Below, in pieces: positions 34,100 to 38,401 of a stretch of 38,401 bases of DNA. Under the pieces are notes generated by a model that saw only the letters and a list, made by a program, of their open reading frames with translations, made no database searches and was not told where the DNA came from. Position numbers and translations under genes: made by a program. Origin of the DNA: Nitratireductor sp. (lineage in GTDB: Bacteria; Pseudomonadota; Alphaproteobacteria; Rhizobiales; Rhizobiaceae). How positions within the stretch are numbered: the stretch's first letter is position 1; each line of letters opens with the position of its first letter. The stretch spans positions 1-38,401 of the forward strand of contig JAGRLQ010000239.1 of assembly GCA_020441735.1 (NCBI GenBank), read 5' to 3'.

Positions 34100-34683
34100 G
34101 TGATCCCCTGGAACATCTCGATTTCATCTCCGAAGGCAGTCCAGCCAGGCCGCTCCTGGCGGGAGAACAGATCAAGCCGGGTCGCCTTCGGCATCATCGC
34201 CTCGGCCACATCGTAGGCTTCATCCGGTTTGCGGCTGTGTTCGCGCAGCGGGCCGTCGAAGCAGCTGCGGATGCCACGGGTGGATTTTGGCTTCCCGCGT
34301 GTACCGATCAGGAAGGTCTCGTGCGAACTGCGCAACCGGTAGCCATATCCGAAGCCGAGCTTCCCGTGCTTGGTGATTTTCCGCCAGACGCCATGGGTCG
34401 AATATTTGAAGCCCCAGGCATCCATCACTTCGAGACCTTGCGGCAACATCGGGTTCGTAACCCAGAGCCAGAGCAGGCAATCCTTCTGACAAAGGTGCTG
34501 GACGGGCAGCCGCTTGATTTCCTCGAGCGTCATGACCCGATAGTGCTTGGTAGCGCCTTTCGCTTCCCCCTTCGACGAGTAGTGTTTGAAGCGCCACGGA
34601 TTGTCCGCCATCACGAAATCGAAATGGTAGAGCGGGATGTTGGGAATAGGGCCGTTCGACAGCCGCAGGTCAAGCATTGCCAT
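34096..34683 (-). CDS. MT-A70-family adenine methyltransferase
   Basis: AD.PW, LWLWVTNP, WGF.Y, HSRKP and LDLFSRQ.RPGW..FGDE motifs. Confidence 0.92.
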   Translation of the reverse strand: MAMLDLRLSNGPIPNIPLYHFDFVMADNPWRFKHYSSKGEAKGATKHYRVMTLEEIKRLPVQHLCQKDCLLWLWVTNPMLPQGLEVMDAWGFKYSTHGVWRKITKHGKLGFGYGYRLRSSHETFLIGTRGKPKSTRGIRSCFDGPLREHSRKPDEAYDVAEAMMPKATRLDLFSRQERPGWTAFGDEIEMFQGIT

Positions 34684-35231
34684 CAGGGCGTCTTTCGCCT
34701 CCTGACGGCTTCAAGCGGATGCACGTTGTCGGAGTTATCCCCAGTCTGTGGATCGGCAGTGCCATAATCTCCCATCTCATAATTGGATAGTTCACTATCC
34801 ATATGATTGTGATTGTGATTGTGACTGGCATGCTTCCGCTCTGCTAATGGATTGCTTGTGGCGAGCGCTGTTTTCTTGTTTTTCAATGCCTTGGCGGCAT
34901 GTGCCTTTTCCGACCGCTGTTTTCTTGCCTGATATTTCTCTTTTGCCTCCAGCCATTCGGCCTTCAATCGCTTCTGGTAGTACCGGCCCCGCAACAGGAT
35001 GCAGAACTCGTCGAGGATGGGCTTGATGAGGCGCAAGAACATTGCCTCATCGCATCGCAGGCGGCGCATGATCCAGTCCGGTTCGGCGGGAATGGTGCAT
35101 TCCGGCGAGCGCCACATGAGCATGAGGATGGACAGGTAGGCGCCGCGTTCCTCGAATGAGAGATGGTGGGTATCCAGTTCGAAGTCCGATACCCACAGGG
35201 GCATGAACGGAAGTTTGTTATTCGGGGCCAT
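34683..35231 (-). CDS. DUF1376 (YdaU-like) replication initiation protein
   Basis: LPFMPLWVSDF..DT.HLS.EERGAYL.IL..MW; ATG 35231. Confidence 0.88.
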   Translation of the reverse strand: MAPNNKLPFMPLWVSDFELDTHHLSFEERGAYLSILMLMWRSPECTIPAEPDWIMRRLRCDEAMFLRLIKPILDEFCILLRGRYYQKRLKAEWLEAKEKYQARKQRSEKAHAAKALKNKKTALATSNPLAERKHASHNHNHNHMDSELSNYEMGDYGTADPQTGDNSDNVHPLEAVRRRKTP

Positions 35232-35595
35232 GGTAGGTGCAGCTTTCGATGTTGCACCGCTCGCGTTCCAACGCAGCAATTTCCTGATTGATCTGGTCCA
35301 GCCGCCAGCCCTGCAACGCCGCAGGCATCCATTCCGGTTCCCGTGCATAGCAGGCCTTGAGGAAAGGCGGGCCATAAGCAGCGATCAAAGACATCAGATG
35401 ATCACGCTGTGGGGAAGATCGCCGCTGCATCCAATTGTCTACGGTGGCAGCAGGAATGCCGGTCAGGGCCTCGACATTGTGGCCGACATTGTTGGGGTAG
35501 CTCTTGCGCAGATACGCAAGCATGCCCTCCAGATCAAACAGGGTTGCGTGTGCATGGCCGGAACCTTGCGGTGGCAAATTGGTAGTCTTGTTCAT
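35218..35595 (-). CDS. CII-position HTH regulator
   Basis: TGIPAATVDNW....SSP...HL..LI.AYGP.FL; alternative in-frame GTG start at 35745 with GGAGG. Confidence 0.65.
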   Translation of the reverse strand: MNKTTNLPPQGSGHAHATLFDLEGMLAYLRKSYPNNVGHNVEALTGIPAATVDNWMQRRSSPQRDHLMSLIAAYGPPFLKACYAREPEWMPAALQGWRLDQINQEIAALERERCNIESCTYHGPE

Positions 35596-35737
35596 TGCTC
35601 GTTTCCTACGTTTGGGGGGTCGGAAACGGGCAGTTTGAATTGCCCCACGCAATACGGATGGCCGGGCATGGCATGGCAAAGCATCGGCGCTCTGACACAG
35701 CGCCTCGTAGGTGACATCGAGAGGAATGGAGAACGGG

Positions 35738-35956
35738 TCAGGCACGATCCGCCTCCAACTTCTCCGCACGGGAAAGCTGGCCTGGTGAATACCGGCCTTT
35801 CAGACGCACCGAGAAATCCTTTGCCAAATCTCTCGGAATGCCGCGAACACGCCAATGACTCACCGCCGACACTGTGCGACCATAGAATGCAGCCACACGG
35901 CTATTGCCGCCCAGCCGGTCAATCCCATCATTCGCGCAATTGGTAGGCTTACCCAT
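35738..35956 (-). CDS. cro: Cro-like repressor
   Basis: IDRLGG...VA...G.TVSAVSHWR..GIP; divergent from cI. Confidence 0.8.
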   Translation of the reverse strand: MGKPTNCANDGIDRLGGNSRVAAFYGRTVSAVSHWRVRGIPRDLAKDFSVRLKGRYSPGQLSRAEKLEADRA

Positions 35957-35987
35957 AGTCTCGGCCAATATCCGGCACCCCCCAGAG

Positions 35988-36037
35988 TGTCAACTTAAAA
36001 CTTACGAACCGGAGACGTTTGTAACTTTAAAAGTACA
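35988..36037. promoter_or_regulatory. OR-like operators and cro promoter
   Basis: TGTCAACTTAAAACTTACG (35988-36006, TTGACA on minus) and the 18-bp TGTAACTTTAAAAGTACA (36020-36037). Confidence 0.7.
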
Positions 36038-36071
36038 TTGCACTGATAGTTGCAACCTATAGAAAACCCTC

Positions 36072-36692
36072 ATGGAAAGAGGTTATACAGCAAAGGCGAT
36101 CGAGGCAGCCCGCCGAAAGCGTGGCTTGACGAAGGCCGAACTCTCCCGTCGCGTCAACGTATCCCGGATGACGATAACCGTCTGGGAACGTGGGACTGCT
36201 TTTCCCAAGCAGGAGAACCTGGACGCCCTGGCGGATGCGCTACAGGTCGAACGCCGTTCGTTGCTGGTCCCTGACGATGCGGTTGGCTTCCATCAGCAAC
36301 CCATTGCCGGCAGGCTGGCTCGCGATCAATGGCTCGGCCAACGATCCAAGAATAACTACGGATTCGCGCCGATTTCCTTTGATCATCGCTTTCCCACAGA
36401 CGCGCAGAGCTTCTATGTCATGGATGACAATTCCGGTGGCGACCGATGCCCCCATGAAATGGTGCTGCATGTCGTTTGCACGGATTCAATGGAGCCGCTT
36501 TCCAACGATCAACTAGTCATTGTTGAGCGCAAAAAGAACGATCTGACGGAAACGACATTACGGCAATTGCGGCGAATGGGCGACAGCCTGGCGCTTCTCT
36601 GGCTCGACGATGAAGCCGAATCACCCGAACCGCTGACGCAAGAAACCTCCATAGAAGGCGTGGTCATCGCAGGCTGGAAACAGTTCGCTTAA
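36072..36692 (+). CDS. cI: CI-like repressor (HTH plus degenerate S24 domain)
   Basis: GLTKAELSRRVNVSRMTITVWERG HTH; S24-like C-terminus ending IEGVVI. Confidence 0.85.
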   Translation: MERGYTAKAIEAARRKRGLTKAELSRRVNVSRMTITVWERGTAFPKQENLDALADALQVERRSLLVPDDAVGFHQQPIAGRLARDQWLGQRSKNNYGFAPISFDHRFPTDAQSFYVMDDNSGGDRCPHEMVLHVVCTDSMEPLSNDQLVIVERKKNDLTETTLRQLRRMGDSLALLWLDDEAESPEPLTQETSIEGVVIAGWKQFA

Positions 36693-36730
36693 GCGGCTTT
36701 CCCCCTGCTTTTCCCCAACCACGCGAAAAC

Positions 36731-36749
36731 TGTAAAATATAAATTGACA
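36731..36749 (+). promoter_or_regulatory. OL/PL-like operator containing TTGACA
   Basis: TGTAAAATATAAATTGACA upstream of the recombination operon. Confidence 0.7.
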
Positions 36750-36919
36750 CGCTCCCCCCTGAAACGATAGGTGTCGTTTTACAGGCGGCACCTGTTTCAC
36801 ATGACATATTCGGTTTGGCATCAAGCAGCCGCCTGGATGCCAAGTCTGCGACCGGCCGGCTCCTTCCCCCGGGTCTCCTCCGCGACCGGCCGGTCGCATC
36901 ACCTACCAGGAGCAATGTC

Positions 36920-37504
36920 ATGAATGAACGATCCCTCCAGTACAAGGCGGAAGCTCTCAAGACTGGCATCAGCCAGTTGAAGGAGCTCTGCGAAGGCGAC
37001 GATGAGTTGCTGGCCGGAATGGTCGAAGGCGAACTCGATATCGAGGCGTTCGCGCTGAAATGCCTGGAACTGGAAGCCGAGGACGATATGCGGTCAGCGG
37101 CACTCAAGGCTCATATCGACCAGCTGTCGGCCCGCAAAAAACGGTTCGACGAGCGCAAGAAACGCACCCGGAACCTGATCGCCTTTGTCCTCGACATGGC
37201 ACGTATTCCGAAACTGGAATTGCCCACGGCGACGGTCTCGGTATCGAAGCTCGACCCCGGCATCATCATCCAGGCCGAGGAAGAAATTCCCACGGCTTAC
37301 TGGAAGCGTCCCGATCCGGTTTTGGACCGTGGCAAGCTGCGCCGCGATGTCGTTGGGCGATGGAAAGCCTTGCAGGCGGCAGAGGCCGAGGAAGATCCCG
37401 AAATCCGCGCCAAGAAGGTTGATCTGGCGAACACCGAGTTCCCGGAAGTGCCGGGTGTCGATCTCGACAATGGCGACATCTCGGTAACGATCAGGAGGGC
37501 GTAA
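36920..37504 (+). CDS. Siphovirus Gp157-family protein
   Basis: EGE...L.ARKKRF...K.ELPTATVS...EEEIP..YWK..DP.LD...VPG..L.NG...TIRR. Confidence 0.85.
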   Translation: MNERSLQYKAEALKTGISQLKELCEGDDELLAGMVEGELDIEAFALKCLELEAEDDMRSAALKAHIDQLSARKKRFDERKKRTRNLIAFVLDMARIPKLELPTATVSVSKLDPGIIIQAEEEIPTAYWKRPDPVLDRGKLRRDVVGRWKALQAAEAEEDPEIRAKKVDLANTEFPEVPGVDLDNGDISVTIRRA

Positions 37505-37506
37505 CG

Positions 37507-38401
37507 ATGAACGTTCCAGCCCCGGTCAGGATCAACTCGTCAGGTCTCGATATTCTCCGCCGCGGCCATTGCCGCAAGTTGAACAATCAGGAGTTCGACG
37601 AGTTTGTCCGCGCCTGCGAGAATTACGGGCTCGATCCGTTTCGCAAGCAGATCATCCCCATCGTGTTCAACGAGGGCAACCAGCAGAAGCGGAAGATGGA
37701 GTTCATCATCACCCGCGATGGCTATCGGGTGATCGCAAGCCGCTGCGGAAACTACCGCCCGAAGTCGAAGCCCGCCGCCTTTACCTACGATGACGCCCTA
37801 CGGAACGACCACAATCCGGCAGGGATCGTCTCGGTGATGGTCGAACTCTACTGGCAGGACAATAACAGCCAGTGGCACCCGGTGGCAGGTGAAGCCTATT
37901 GGGAGGAATTTGCTCCGCTGGAAAACGAGTGGGGCGACGATCCGCAGAGTGGCAGGCGGAAGGTCGTCGGCAAGAAGCTCTCCGCCAATTGGGCGAAAAT
38001 GCCTCGTGTCATGCTGGAAAAGTGCGCGGAGTCGGGCGCCCTTCGCGCTGGCTGGCCGGAACAATTCGCCGGTCTCTACGGCGAGGAAGAAATGGCGAAG
38101 GTCATCGCCGAGGATGTCGCGGCTTCCGAACTGGCCGAGCTCGGTCGGACCCAGCGGCTCGAAAAGACCATGCAGTTCAAGAACAAGGTGGCCTTCAACT
38201 TCGGTGAAGGCGTCCAGTACGTCGAATGCGGCAAGGCGCACGATGCCTGGATGGAGAACGTCTTTCACAAGCACCGGGAGAACCCGCAGATCATCCTGAC
38301 CATGCGGGACCAGAGCCGGGAGGCGCTGCGCTACCTCTCGGTGCAGGACAAGAACGCTGCACTCGATCTGAAAGCACAGTTTGAACGGGTCGAGGCCCGT
38401 G
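37507..38401 (+). CDS. bet: Bet/RecT-family recombinase (partial, runs off the window)
   Basis: ATG 37507 with GGAGG RBS; GLDPFRKQI...TRDGYR.IA.R and WAKMP..ML.KCAE..ALR.GWPE.F.GLY. Confidence 0.88.
   Translation, partial: MNVPAPVRINSSGLDILRRGHCRKLNNQEFDEFVRACENYGLDPFRKQIIPIVFNEGNQQKRKMEFIITRDGYRVIASRCGNYRPKSKPAAFTYDDALRNDHNPAGIVSVMVELYWQDNNSQWHPVAGEAYWEEFAPLENEWGDDPQSGRRKVVGKKLSANWAKMPRVMLEKCAESGALRAGWPEQFAGLYGEEEMAKVIAEDVAASELAELGRTQRLEKTMQFKNKVAFNFGEGVQYVECGKAHDAWMENVFHKHRENPQIILTMRDQSREALRYLSVQDKNAALDLKAQFERVEAR

Larger units (their letters stand above)
19988..36908. repeat. Dispersed CACCTACCA element, 11 exact copies
   Basis: Plus strand 19988, 22738, 25107, 25861, 29592, 29864, 30231, 31443, 31458, 36900; minus strand 35231-35239. 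Confidence 0.9.

Noticed and set aside
19988-36908. CACCTACCA as tRNA 3'-end att remnants or CRISPR repeats
   Set aside because: No T-arm precedes the copies, spacing is irregular and gene-sized, and no cas or integrase gene is in view

Overview
The window is a contiguous part of a temperate tailed phage or prophage, probably from an alphaproteobacterial host (inferred from the promoter style and the A29-U41 initiator-type tRNA). No integrase or att site is in view. (1) 1-19.8 kb is a minus-strand late operon: MTase/GNAT-like DNA-modification gene, ParB-like partner, TerS, TerL, fibre and chaperone, lysis cassette, DUF1073 portal, gp7, DUF2213 protease, DUF2184 capsid, neck genes, DUF3383 sheath and DUF3277 tube (contractile tail). 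A plus-strand moron with a formyltransferase sits inside the head genes. (2) 20.0-32.6 kb is a plus-strand block of about 30 accessory genes, with a tRNA-Met(CAU), a parS site and a Spo0J-like ParB. (3) 32.6-38.4 kb holds the lambdoid cro/cI switch, DUF1376, MT-A70, Gp157 and a partial Bet/RecT. The strongest candidate for an undescribed system is regulatory. A predicted ~75-nt minus-strand sRNA (about 25068-25141), with its own promoter and terminator, displays UUGGUAGGUGAU. This is complementary to a CACCTACCA element at the ribosome-binding site or start codon of nine early genes across 17 kb. A dispersed 19-bp operator overlies most early promoters as a second layer. All family assignments are from motif recognition, not database searches.
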